DNA from: Nitrososphaerales archaeon
GTDB taxonomy: Archaea > Thermoproteota > Nitrososphaeria > Nitrososphaerales > UBA213
Length of the DNA: 64,000 bases
Assembly (NCBI GenBank): GCA_965197925.1
Contig: CBDAOC010000019.1
Span: 224,001-288,000 of the forward strand
Direction: 5' to 3'
Shown here: piece after piece, positions 42,053 through 52,059 of the stretch
Layout: each line of letters opens with the position of its first letter
How positions within the stretch are numbered: the first letter of the stretch is position 1
Notes under the pieces: generated by a model
The model's database searches: none
Seen by the model: only the letters and a program-made list of their open reading frames with translations
What the model was told of the DNA's origin: nothing
Made by a program: the position numbers and the translations under genes

Positions 42053-42748
42053 ATGGTCAGAACAGGCATTACAATCGCAATTGTTTTGGGAATTGCTGGT
42101 ACTATTACTATCTTAGGTTTGTTTGCTATAGTTTCTCAAGAAACCACTGTATCAAGAAACGATAATGGTAAAACAGAGATCGGGTCCCAAGAATTGCTAT
42201 TAGAATGTAATGAGCTTGGTATACCTGAGATTGAATGTACGGAACAGAGTATACTGGAAAAAATTGAGTTGCTATTAGAATGTAATGAGCTTGGTATACC
42301 TGAGATTGAATGTACGGAACAGAGTATACTGGAAAAAAAGAATGTGCAGGATCGTAAAGAATCAGAATATGAATTGCAGGAAATAACCATTGACGGCATT
42401 CCGTTGACTGTAGAGATTGCAGACGATCGAGAAAAGATTACACGAGGGTTAATGTTCAGGGATGAATTACCTGAGAATCAGGGAATGCTTTTCACATTTG
42501 AAGAAGAACGTAAATATCAGTTTTGGATGATGAATATGAAAATCAACCTTGACATAATATGGTTAGACGGGAATGGAAAGGTAGTGTACATAGCTGAAGA
42601 TGCCCAACCTTGTATAGATGAAGCGCATACATCACTATGCACATACAGACCAGATACCCCAGCTAAATATGTTTTGGAAGTAAATTCGGGATTTGTAGAG
42701 AAGAACGGGATAAATGAGAACTCTGTTATGAAAATAATATCCCGATGA
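42053..42748 (+). CDS. DUF192-domain membrane-anchored protein
   Basis: Motifs EIAD...RGLMFR...GMLFTF, FWMMNM, LDIIW and YVLEVNSG. Confidence 0.9.
   Translation: MVRTGITIAIVLGIAGTITILGLFAIVSQETTVSRNDNGKTEIGSQELLLECNELGIPEIECTEQSILEKIELLLECNELGIPEIECTEQSILEKKNVQDRKESEYELQEITIDGIPLTVEIADDREKITRGLMFRDELPENQGMLFTFEEERKYQFWMMNMKINLDIIWLDGNGKVVYIAEDAQPCIDEAHTSLCTYRPDTPAKYVLEVNSGFVEKNGINENSVMKIISR
42191..42338 (+). repeat. 75-bp in-frame tandem duplication
   Basis: ELLLECNELGIPEIECTEQSILEK is encoded at 42191 and again at 42266 with near-identical DNA. Confidence 0.95.
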
Positions 42749-42872
42749 CGTGTTTTCCTTTATCATAGTTTTATCAAAATCATTGCCGTTCATTTCAAAG
42801 AGTGTAGCAAGAATTCTCATATATATTCCATAATTTGATACACTTATAATTAAAGGAACTTGCTGAAAATCT

Positions 42873-44322
42873 GTGAAAATAGACCTTACTTATATCATTA
42901 AAACTTCTTTCTTGTACTGAATTCTTGCAGCAAGTTTTTCTCTTATAGGATTTCTGTTACTAGAACACCAATACCTCGACAATCCATTAACGGGAGGACT
43001 TGACATAGTGCACATTGGAGGGCATATTCTTTTGGGTTTGATGGCCGGTGCCGCAAGCCTGAGTTTAAGATACCTTATTCTAGCCGGCTCTCTTGCCATT
43101 GTGATTGACTCATCACTTTATACAACTTTTGAATATTGAGGCAATTGGAAGGATGGGTCACTCGATTCCTTTTGGAATTATCTCTGCAGTTATCATGATG
43201 TTTGTTTTTGGTAAGAAAGACTATCTATTGGGCGGAGTAGTTTTCTCAGCTATGTTAGCCCAATAGCCAACTCATCTCAAAACCCTACAATACATCAAAA
43301 ATGATGCAAGATTAACAAATGCCAGATAGTTTTCTGCCGTTCTTTCATACCTGATTCTTGTTCTGTGAAATCCATTCTTGAGCCATGCAAAGAATCTCTC
43401 AACTACAAATCTTGTCTTGTTGTAATGTTTGTAATCATTATTTTGCAAGATGAACTTGGAATTTATTTTGTATGGGATGCAACATGCAATATTTCTATCC
43501 CACAAATACATTCTGATGTATTTTGCATCATTTTGTCTGCATAAACTGGTTCTATCTGTTGTATTGAATCATCATCAAGATAGTCTGAAATTGATCCTGT
43601 AACATCCATGCATTTTGTACTGTCATGTTCATTTGCTGGACTCAACAGTATGGATATTGGAAATCCGTTACTCTCTACTGCGGCATGTATTTTTGTACCT
43701 GTTATTCTCTTGAATCCATTATATCCAGTTACATTGCCCCTTTTTTATCAGGAATGGATGAAGAGTCAACTGATATTTTTTGTAGATTAATTTTGCCAGA
43801 TTTATGTGCTGAGTGAATAGTACGTGATAGAATATTTTTCCAGATTCCTTTTTGTTGCCATTTGTTTAACCTTCTGTTTGCAGTAGAATCATCACCATAT
43901 CTTTTTGGCATATCGTCCCATCGGCATCCAGTAGTTAGAACATGGATTATTCCGTTAATGATTTTTCTATCATCATCTCTAGGCCTGCCAGTTTTTGCAT
44001 GTGGTGGTATGTGTGATTCCATCATACTCCACTGTTTGTCTGATAATTCTTGGAATTTCATAAAATAATTTTAGATGTCGCTATTCATAGATCTAAATGG
44101 TCGCTAAAAATTGTCTAAATGGTTAGTTTTGAGATGAGTTGAGCATTTGACACCTATACCGGCTCAGGAAACTTTCCTCTCTTTACTCCCTTTTACAACG
44201 AATTGATAAGATTTCAAAATGCAGATTGGGTATTTTTTGAGCTAGGGGCAGTCATAATAATAGGGTTGCTCATGATGAAAACCAAGTTGATGAATGAAAA
44301 AACTCAACAAATGGTTAGTTGA
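42873..44322 (+). pseudogene. Membrane-bound metal-dependent hydrolase-like gene, disrupted by stop, frameshifts and IS5 copy B2
   Basis: The + strand reads HIGGHILLGLMAG...VIDS-HFI...GRMGHSIPFG...AMLA-[IS]-AFDTYTGSGNFPLFTPF...DWVFFE, with a TGA near 42918. Confidence 0.72.
43268..44141 (-). mobile_element. IS5-family element copy B2 (874 bp)
   Basis: Same 16-bp TIRs as 5200-6073, 3-bp TSD AGC, and near-identical sequence. Confidence 0.96.
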
Positions 44323-44546
44323 AATTGTCCAGCGATAAATTTCTTTATATATTAATTTGTAATATTTCTCGTTGTAGTTCGTAAATGGATTAGTAATTAG
44401 ATCCACAAATCCATCTGTATTGAGTTGTCATTAAGAAAAGATAATAATTAATGCTAAAGTTCATGATTTGTTAACTGATCACTTAGAAAATTGTATGCTA
44501 ACTGTCTGTCTCAAGATTTCCACACACAAGTATTTATGTCTATTAT

Positions 44547-45134
44547 TTGGTACTTTCTATAATGAGAAGACAACTACTACCTTTTGTTCTTGGTAGTGCA
44601 TTAGTGCTTGCAATGATTCTGCCAGTATACAATGTAAAAGCGCAACTTGATCCATACGTAGATCTAAAGTGCCTAAACAAGAAGGTAACCATTATGGGAA
44701 CGCCTGGTAATGACGTTATAACCGGTACGTTGGGTAATGATGTTATTCATAGATTGAGTGGAAATGACCTCATTATGGGACTTGAAGGTAATGACCGTAT
44801 ATGTGGTAATTCAGGTGAAGATCAGATATTTGGAGGAGACGGAAATGATCGCATAGCAGGCGGTGATGGCGACGATGAATTACATGGCGGAGACGTAAAT
44901 GACAGAATGTATGCTCATGGAGGGGATGATATGCTATTTGGAGGAGACGGAAATGACTTCTTGGGAGGAGGCACGGGAAATGATAGCGTTCTAGGACAGG
45001 GCGGCAACGACCATCTACAAGGCTTTGATGGTAATGATGAACTTGACGGCGGTGAGGGTAATAACAGACTTAATGGTGGAGATGGAATAGACGATTGTCA
45101 GAATGCAAATAAAGAACAGAATTGTGAAATCTGA
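44547..45134 (+). CDS. Secreted RTX/hemolysin-type calcium-binding repeat protein
   Basis: Signal peptide followed by a tandem array of GGxGxDxhx nonapeptides; terminal DDCQ...NCE. Likely start is ATG 44562. Confidence 0.88.
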   Translation: MVLSIMRRQLLPFVLGSALVLAMILPVYNVKAQLDPYVDLKCLNKKVTIMGTPGNDVITGTLGNDVIHRLSGNDLIMGLEGNDRICGNSGEDQIFGGDGNDRIAGGDGDDELHGGDVNDRMYAHGGDDMLFGGDGNDFLGGGTGNDSVLGQGGNDHLQGFDGNDELDGGEGNNRLNGGDGIDDCQNANKEQNCEI

Positions 45135-45449
45135 TAAATAGGCGAATAAAGCATTAGCCTATAACGATCTTTATTTTCCTTTTTTCATTACTTTGGTCTT
45201 ATTAATTAATATAGGATTACTGTATATAGCATTATTTTTTACCAATTTCTTTTTTCTGTACTAAAATTAATTGTGTAAAATAATAATTCTTAATTGGTAA
45301 ATATGCAATAGAGTATAGGAATAATCTATTACATCTTTAAGAAAGACCTACTAGAGAATAGATGAATATTCCTTCTACAAGCTGGTAGGTAAATCACCTA
45401 AGAGATGAGCCCTAGGATATAATAGATAAAGTAAATGTTTTTACTTGAT

Positions 45450-46110
45450 TTAGTTTATCAAGTCATATGCTTCATGCAATTTAAGATGGGCCTGATACAC
45501 CTCTTTATTGGATAACATCTCACTCGCTTCTTCTCTCAACTGGTCAGCTTCATCAATCTGTTCTAATCTCGTAGAACCCATCATTTTCATCGGTGTAAAG
45601 TTCGGTATAGTTTTCGAGCTGTAACTCAAGTTCAAGTATTGCACTTTTACAATAATCAGCCATGTATGGTTTGAGCGCTCTTGAACTAGGGTCCTTAATG
45701 GTATCTACCGTAACACTACAGGCTCACGCTACAACTCCTATAGCAGATTCCTCCAAATCTGTTCCTGCTTGTGACTGCAAATGGATATTATTGCAGTAAA
45801 TATTAGCAAGTATGTTTGCAGCGGGTTCAGGCTTGCTTGTTTCGTTCAACCGTACCTTGATAGCATTCATCATTACAATACATTTTTCATCTGTAAATGT
45901 TGATGCATTATGAATATTACCATAGCCTATGAGTGAGGCCGTTAAAGTTTGCCATATAGTTCCAGATAAATCATTGAAGTCAGGTGATAAGCCAGCCATG
46001 ATTATTCCAAAAGTTACCAATCCCATGAGGCGGACAATCCTTTTTGTTATAACTTTATTTTTTCTGATACTCATATTCTTTACCTTCCCTATTCCAATAT
46101 GATATTTCAT
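45450..46110 (-). pseudogene. Paralog of 52060-53052, broken by TGA and a frameshift
   Basis: ANIYC...VVA*ACSV...LKPYMADYCKSA matches TSIYC...IAWACSV...LKPYSNEYCESA. Confidence 0.75.
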
Positions 46111-47989
46111 TATATTATCGGGTTGAGATTTGTCATGGATCTGAAGGCATAGATAAGCAAATTCAACATTACTACTATAAATAATAGCGATCCTAGCAGA
46201 GAACCTTTTCGTTCGAAGTTTGTTAACCTAAAAAGCATTATGGATGCAGGGATTTGGAGCGGCATATTATAGATTATTCTTGTCTGCATAACATAGTCAC
46301 CAAAGAGAATTGGCAAAATACCTACAAAGAGTGATGAGAGTAAGATGTTGTCGAAGCTGTTGTTAAACTTAGCTTTCAAAACCCAGAGGAGAGCAAGCAA
46401 AAGTAATACAGCGTTCGTGAAGTATCCCCTACGTACGCGTTAAAGGTGAAACGCAAATTGTCCCATCTTGAAAAGAACTCTTCCTCTCCCACAGTTCTCT
46501 GCGCGAACCAGATATCCGATTCTAAACCACTCGAACTCCCCCAATATGTTCTTGTAATGTCAACGCCAACATTTGCTATTATTATAATTCCTAGAATCAC
46601 AGATATCTTCACTTTCTGTTTCTGCTGTCTATTCTTTGCATAGGAAATAGCAATGAATAGAATGGCAGCTGCCATAAGGTAGGTCCATGTGTATAAGTGA
46701 ATGAAGAGTGTTAACAATGTGGTGGCAAGAAATGCAGTATAGTAGTAATGGGTTTTTTTGTAGTTTGTTTTATCTCCATTATTCCAAGCCGCAATCAAAA
46801 ATAGCAGTGATAGATATGTGGTAACTAATGCCTAACCAGTTTGCAAAAAATCCTGCATACATGCCTACGACAAAATGGAATGACACCACGGTGAAAAGAG
46901 CTGATAGAGATGCTAAATTTTTCCTTCAGGTGCCGATCTTCACAAAATAGTAGACAACAGTAATCAACATCGGACTAAGAATGACAGGTAGGAATCTTAC
47001 AACGACGATAGTTGGCAGTCCTGTAAATGTTTGTATTCCATAGATGAAAAGCAAGCTCAGAGGCCTATCACCTTTATTGACCTCTGTAAATGCCGCAGCT
47101 AGATTATCGCTCTTTCGTAATTCGTCTAACCAATCAACATAATAATGCTCATCAACTGTTGTGCTGAATTCCTGGTTTATCATTGGATAAGAGGCATAGA
47201 TGGTAAGCACAAATGAAAGACCGTAGGCTGACGCTAGTATCCATTTATGGACTTTCCTTCTATGAGTTCCGTCTAAATTGACTTTTGCATCGTTATTCCT
47301 GTCACCATAATCGTACACATCCATTTTTATGGACGACCATAATGGAATTCTGTTCAACTATGATGTAATATTTTTCAAGGATGGTTTATAGAGAAAAGCG
47401 GACAGGATCAAGATCATGATTAAGGCAGATAACAATCCAAATGTATGGAACAAATGAGCTTCAAGCTCTGCCGCTTTCCAACTCGTCCCCGTACATTGGG
47501 CTCGGAAAAATAGGGTAACTCAACCATCTTAACAGTGCCATTGATTCAAAACCAATTATGAAGATGACCGTTGTAACAACAATCGTATGCAACTTCAAAC
47601 GAGTGCCAATAACTCTATCTCTATACAGAAACAGGAGAACAGCTACCGATGGTATGGTTAAGAAAGGAGATTTCAATTATTGAAGGAGAATAAATTCCGG
47701 TTATAGCAATAGCCGTAGCTATAGCAGGAACATATACAGCGTAAACTCGTGTTGGTACAATAAGCCAAATCACCAAGAAGGTAATGACCAGTATCAGGAT
47801 ACTATCTACAAAGAAAGAACCTGTGAAAGAACCACTGAAGGTTTGAAGGTCAGTAATCCTGTGAATCGTTGCGTAATATTCGATATCTGCAAATGAGAGC
47901 ATTCTTAGTATGTACAATAATAGAAGGAAAGAAAGAACAGAATGTAACCAGAAATTACCCAAACGGGAATAGTTAAGTCCGTATTTCAT
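46110..47989 (-). pseudogene. Large multi-TM membrane protein (GT-C-like), fragmented into at least 5 pieces
   Basis: Consecutive hydrophobic ORF fragments in different frames; motifs TVDEHYY, GDRPLSL and HLYTW. Confidence 0.7.
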
Positions 47990-48093
47990 TTTCTTGAGAA
48001 ATCCACTTTATATTCTGCTTATTTTCTATTCAGTAATGAATCTATTCTTTATTTATTGATGATAAATTACCCATACCCTATGGTCTCATAAAG

Positions 48094-48228
48094 CTAGTTT
48101 GAATTGAATTCTAATGACGTCATTACGGTAAGGTCTTCGTATGTTGCTTTAACTGAATAAACTCCGTCAATCACAATCGGACCTTTCATCTCTACGGTCA
48201 TATGGTATATTCCATCCATGTTGGGCAA
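48094..48228 (-). pseudogene. C-terminal stub of a third paralog of 52060-53052
   Basis: GIYHMTVEMKGPIVIDGVYSVKATY...SLEFNSN* versus GIYHTTMEMKGSLAIDGVYTVKATY...TLEVSSN*. Confidence 0.8.
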
Positions 48229-48283
48229 AACTATTTCTTATATTTCTTTTAGTAGCAGCTGCCATAGCGATCACTTTCCATTT

Positions 48284-48875
48284 TTAAAAGATGTAAAGGG
48301 TTTTTCTTGGCAATTTCTCAAAGAATGATATTAGACTCACCTTAAGTTCTGCCAAGTAACCTAACTTCCTTAGAGTAATAAGGATACTCTGAGTACTTTG
48401 TTCAGGACCATGGTTTTCGGTGTCTATAATTACTTCTGGGTTTAAGGGTTCTTCATAAGGATCCTGCAATCCAGTAAAGTTAACAATTTCACCATTAAGT
48501 GCTTTTTTGTAGAGTCCCTTGGGGTCTTTCTTTAAACAAGTTTCTATTGAAGTTCTTACATACACTTCGATAAAATTTCCTATTTCTTTTCTTGCGAATT
48601 CCCTGAATACACGGTATGGTGAGATTAGAGAGACTTGCAATTATTCCGTTTCTTACCATCAACTTGCTCAGGTATGCTACTCTTCTGGCTTGCAATTCTC
48701 TATCCTTCTTCTCGAAACCAAGATCTGGACTCAGTGCCATTCTTACTTCATCTCCATCGAATAATTCCACTTTTAGATCCATTTCTTTTAGTTGTTGATA
48801 GAGTATTCTAGCAATCGTAGTCTTACCGGAGCCAGGTAGTCCTGTCAGCCAGACCACGAAACCTACTCTATCCAT
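48284..48875 (-). pseudogene. cysC: Adenylyl-sulfate (APS) kinase, frameshifted
   Basis: WLTGLPGSGKTT and DGDEVR are in one frame; LISPY, DPKGLY and FTGLQDPYEEP are in another. The break is near 48636. Confidence 0.93.
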
Positions 48876-49095
48876 TTTTTATTCTCCTTATAACCAACCT
48901 ACTTTCAGCTTGCATTTCTACGTTTGTCAGATCTAAACAGTACTGTTTTTTGTGAATGGGTAATGGAATTTGCTAATCATGTTTGAGATAAATTAGTCCT
49001 ATTCTCTAGCAAAGTATCAAAGTGTTATTGGGATCGATACCATACATTCATGTTTTTCCTTCACAATTTGGTCCCTCAATTCAATCTCAATAGAC

Positions 49096-49137
49096 TGGAT
49101 TCTTTATGTCTCTCCAATTGAACCAGATAATCTTCAT
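49096..49137 (-). pseudogene. GT4 glycosyltransferase N-terminal stub
   Basis: MKIIWFNWRDIKNP starts 2 bp after the GT2 stop and is followed by unrelated sequence. Confidence 0.7.
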
Positions 49138-49138
49138 G

Positions 49139-49924
49139 CTAGAGCGCAAAAAGGGGCTTATAGCCAGGTGTTTCTATATCCATGTTCCTCTGATACCACT
49201 TGAGCACTCTAAGTCTATAGCTAATGCCGAGAATGTCTATGAACATTCTAACAACATCCTTGATTTTGAAGCTTCTGTTAATTTCTAACTGTACCGGCAT
49301 TTCTACAATTCTAAGGCCAAGCAAGTTGCCAACCGCTAGCATCTCTACATCAAACGCGTACTTATTGACCAAAACTCTTGTAAAGATCTTTTTGAAGGCC
49401 TCTGCTTTGCCTGCTTTAAGCCCAACCTGTGTATCGTTGATCTTCATATTCAAAATAGGATTTACAAGTAGATGAAATCCTAAACTTAGTAACTTCCTGA
49501 TCATCGGTACCTTCACTTTAGAATCATGATGATGCTTTGAACCTATGATGATATCAGCACTTTTCAGCTCATTTAGACATGATGTGATCACATGGGGGTT
49601 GATATTTCCGTCTCCATCTATGTAGAGTATGTTCTTTCCTTCAGCTGATAACACCCCCTGCTTAACGGCGTAACCCTTGTCCATGTTTGGTTTGTAACTG
49701 ATCAGTCTTACCCTTCGATCCGCGGGATATACATTGTTCACTACTGATCTGGTGTTATCTATACTGCCATCATTTACTACCAGGATCTCGTATTCTTCCG
49801 TGAAGTGGCTCATTATGCGTTTGATGCGCTCAATTGAGGCTTCTATATACTGTTCTCCATTGTAAACTGGAATGACGATAGAGACGTTTGGCCCTGTTCT
49901 CTGTATCTGCTCCTGTGCTACCAA
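49139..49924 (-). CDS. GT2 polyprenol-phosphate glycosyltransferase-like protein
   Basis: Motifs SIVIPVYN, VNDGSID, YIDGD, DTQVGLK and AFDVEML. Likely TTG start overlapping the upstream stop. Confidence 0.88.
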   Translation of the reverse strand: MVAQEQIQRTGPNVSIVIPVYNGEQYIEASIERIKRIMSHFTEEYEILVVNDGSIDNTRSVVNNVYPADRRVRLISYKPNMDKGYAVKQGVLSAEGKNILYIDGDGNINPHVITSCLNELKSADIIIGSKHHHDSKVKVPMIRKLLSLGFHLLVNPILNMKINDTQVGLKAGKAEAFKKIFTRVLVNKYAFDVEMLAVGNLLGLRIVEMPVQLEINRSFKIKDVVRMFIDILGISYRLRVLKWYQRNMDIETPGYKPLFAL

Positions 49925-50376
49925 ACATTTCCCCCCAATCTCATATTCGAGTAGTATGCTGAAAATCCATACCATCTCACTATTTCTTGATCGTTGATCC
50001 ATTTCGATGATCCTACCCATCCCATTGCATGAGCTGCTCTGTAGGATGATTCTGCGATAGGTCGACCGATCCTATCTATCATAGTCAAGAACGAGTTCTG
50101 TAATCCAGAGATTAATTTCCCTAATATCCTGGCAATTACCGTCGCAAGTGTAGCATTATTCACTATTTTTACATGCCTTGTTATGAGACCACAAAGGATC
50201 CTGTCTTGGTCTGTGAGTGATTGGAACCATATTCGCTTTCGCAAAGCTCTAGTTCTTAGATTTGATAGGATCTCTATGACGTTACGAGAGGTAAACAGTC
50301 TTTGAGTGTTCAAACGAACTCTTCTAAAATACCAATTTTTGGAGATAAAAGTTAGCGTCTGTCTCATCGAGAACAT
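49918..50376 (-). CDS. Basic archaeal hypothetical protein coupled to the GT2 gene
   Basis: Motifs RALRKRIWFQSL, A-AMGW-GS-KW and VRWYG; its stop overlaps the GT2 start. Confidence 0.7.
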   Translation of the reverse strand: MFSMRQTLTFISKNWYFRRVRLNTQRLFTSRNVIEILSNLRTRALRKRIWFQSLTDQDRILCGLITRHVKIVNNATLATVIARILGKLISGLQNSFLTMIDRIGRPIAESSYRAAHAMGWVGSSKWINDQEIVRWYGFSAYYSNMRLGGNVW

Positions 50377-50405
50377 TCCTGTCTTAATAAAGGATTTGAT
50401 ATCTA

Positions 50406-50429
50406 GGTTCTGTTAACTTGGTGTGATCT
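50406..50429 (+). repeat. IS6-like terminal sequence / direct repeat copy 1
   Basis: GGTTCTGTTAACTTGGTGTGATCT; second copy at 51494. Confidence 0.6.
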
Positions 50430-50491
50430 AGCTACCAATCTTCTTCATGTTAACTGCCGTGAGCTGGACAAAAAAAAGGAAGAAGGTTGTT

Positions 50492-50656
50492 TTACGTAGC
50501 TGGTTTCAAGACTAATTTGTCACCCTTGATGTTTGTGATTAATTCCTGATTCTTTACCCATTCCAGTTTTTCAACATCTTCCTTTGTCAGGGTTACATAC
50601 CATCTTTTGTATTCCTTGTCACCTGTACGTCGGTTTAACTTTTCACGTAGCTTCAC
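50492..50656 (-). CDS. 54-aa AbrB/MazE/SpoVT-like DNA-binding protein (below the ORF-track cut-off)
   Basis: MKLREKLNRRTGDKEYKRWYVTLTKEDVEKLEWVKNQELITNIKGDKLVLKPAT fits the swapped-hairpin pattern; T-rich tract after the stop. Confidence 0.75.
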   Translation of the reverse strand: MKLREKLNRRTGDKEYKRWYVTLTKEDVEKLEWVKNQELITNIKGDKLVLKPAT

Positions 50657-50710
50657 AGATCGTATATAGTTGTAATCTCAATGTATGCAAGTGAAAATGC
50701 CTTGTGTTAA

Positions 50711-51460
50711 CTATTTTATGAAAAATGGCGGTGTCGCTATACGCTCACTGTCGTTACTGATGCGTCTATCATCAGCGTCGTAATATGTTATGTGGTAATG
50801 TTGATGAATGTATTGGTATGTTCCTGATTCGGCATTGTCTTCTGTAAGCAGTATGTCTATTGCATAGGTTCCATCGTCATTTTGTATCATCTCTGGTATT
50901 TCATCACATCTGTGGGTGCCATACATATCGACATAACTTTGAAAATAACACCCATACCATATTGATTTATTCTTCCCGCCTGTTGTGGATGTGGTTCCTA
51001 TCTGGTCAATAGTTGTTTTCCTGTCAATATGTATTTCTGGATGTGGATTGGTACTAGGTTGTTCAGGTAATACAAGTTTCATTCCCGTAACGTGTACTGT
51101 CTCGCCTATCTCATATTCCAGCTTGTCGGTTTTGATGTACGGTTCTGGTGGAGTATGTTCTTTCACTATGCCGTTGATACTGTCAATCTTTGCCTGCTTC
51201 TTGGCTATCTTGTCCTGTAGTGTATCTATTCTGTTTTCAATTTTGTATTTTTTGTCTTCATACATTTGGATTCTGTTTTCAATTTTGTATTTTTTGTCTT
51301 CAATCATTTGGATCCTCTCAAGTAGCTTGTCAATGCCTTTCTGAATTTTTGCTATCCTGTCATCATCGGATATTGCATATGAACTAACCCCACCCCCCAC
51401 AATACTGCCGATAACGACAACCGAAAGCAGTACTACAGAAAACAAGAGTCGCATATGCAT
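50711..51460 (-). CDS. Secreted protein with coiled coil and Ig-like domain
   Basis: Signal peptide; 14-aa (42-bp) repeat IQM(I/Y)EDKKYKIENR at 51228-51312; KTDKLEYEIGETVHVTG Ig-like start. Confidence 0.7.
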   Translation of the reverse strand: MHMRLLFSVVLLSVVVIGSIVGGGVSSYAISDDDRIAKIQKGIDKLLERIQMIEDKKYKIENRIQMYEDKKYKIENRIDTLQDKIAKKQAKIDSINGIVKEHTPPEPYIKTDKLEYEIGETVHVTGMKLVLPEQPSTNPHPEIHIDRKTTIDQIGTTSTTGGKNKSIWYGCYFQSYVDMYGTHRCDEIPEMIQNDDGTYAIDILLTEDNAESGTYQYIHQHYHITYYDADDRRISNDSERIATPPFFIK

Positions 51461-51493
51461 ATATACACGTACTTATGTAGAACCTATAAAAAT

Positions 51494-51517
51494 GATTCTG
51501 TTAACTTGGCGTGATCT
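51494..51517 (+). repeat. IS6-like terminal sequence / direct repeat copy 2
   Basis: GATTCTGTTAACTTGGCGTGATCT, 22 of 24 bases identical to 50406-50429. Confidence 0.6.
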
Positions 51518-51609
51518 GATATCTATATTCCAGATCTATTTTCTACAAGTAATTCCTTCCGTTGGGTCTAAATCTCTTATCACGAAAATAATATTGATTT
51601 GCTTTTGTT

Positions 51610-51760
51610 ATATTCCAAATAAAGAATATTGGACATCTGACAAAGTTTTAGCTGTAGCAAATACTGCACCTACCGCAGGAAACTTTCAAGGTTTTAAGGT
51701 ATTTTACATTAAAAACAAAAAAACCAGAAGCACTTGTAGAAGCTACAAATGACCAGCATC
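51610..51760 (+). pseudogene. Nitroreductase fragment
   Basis: KVLAVANTAPTAGNFQGFKVFYIKN...EALVEATNDQ matches the APSAGNxQ motif. Confidence 0.65.
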
Positions 51761-52059
51761 CTTCAGCTGGACAATCCCATCGATCAGTGTTGGTGATGTC
51801 CTCGTAATAGACTTTAGTGCTACAGAGAATGGGAATGACACACTCCATCGTAGATCACCCAAGCGGGAATGATCAAGCTCATATTTTATTTTCTTGAAAA
51901 TTCAACTTGATTTTCTACTTGTTCTAATTCTATTTATTCTACTTGAACTGCTCAGCAATGAATTCATGTTTCACTCATTAACAACAAAATATCGATTATT
52001 GATAATACTAAGGAATCTTTTATCAGATTTATCATGATAATACCATAGTCAAACCAATT

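Noticed and set aside
42890..43099. 69-aa minus-strand ORF (MAREPARIRY...)
   Set aside because: It is the antisense shadow of the + strand hydrolase pseudogene.
48620..48650. cysC frameshift as programmed recoding
   Set aside because: There is no slippery run at the break; it looks like a small deletion in the IAxVSLISPY region among many neighbouring lesions.
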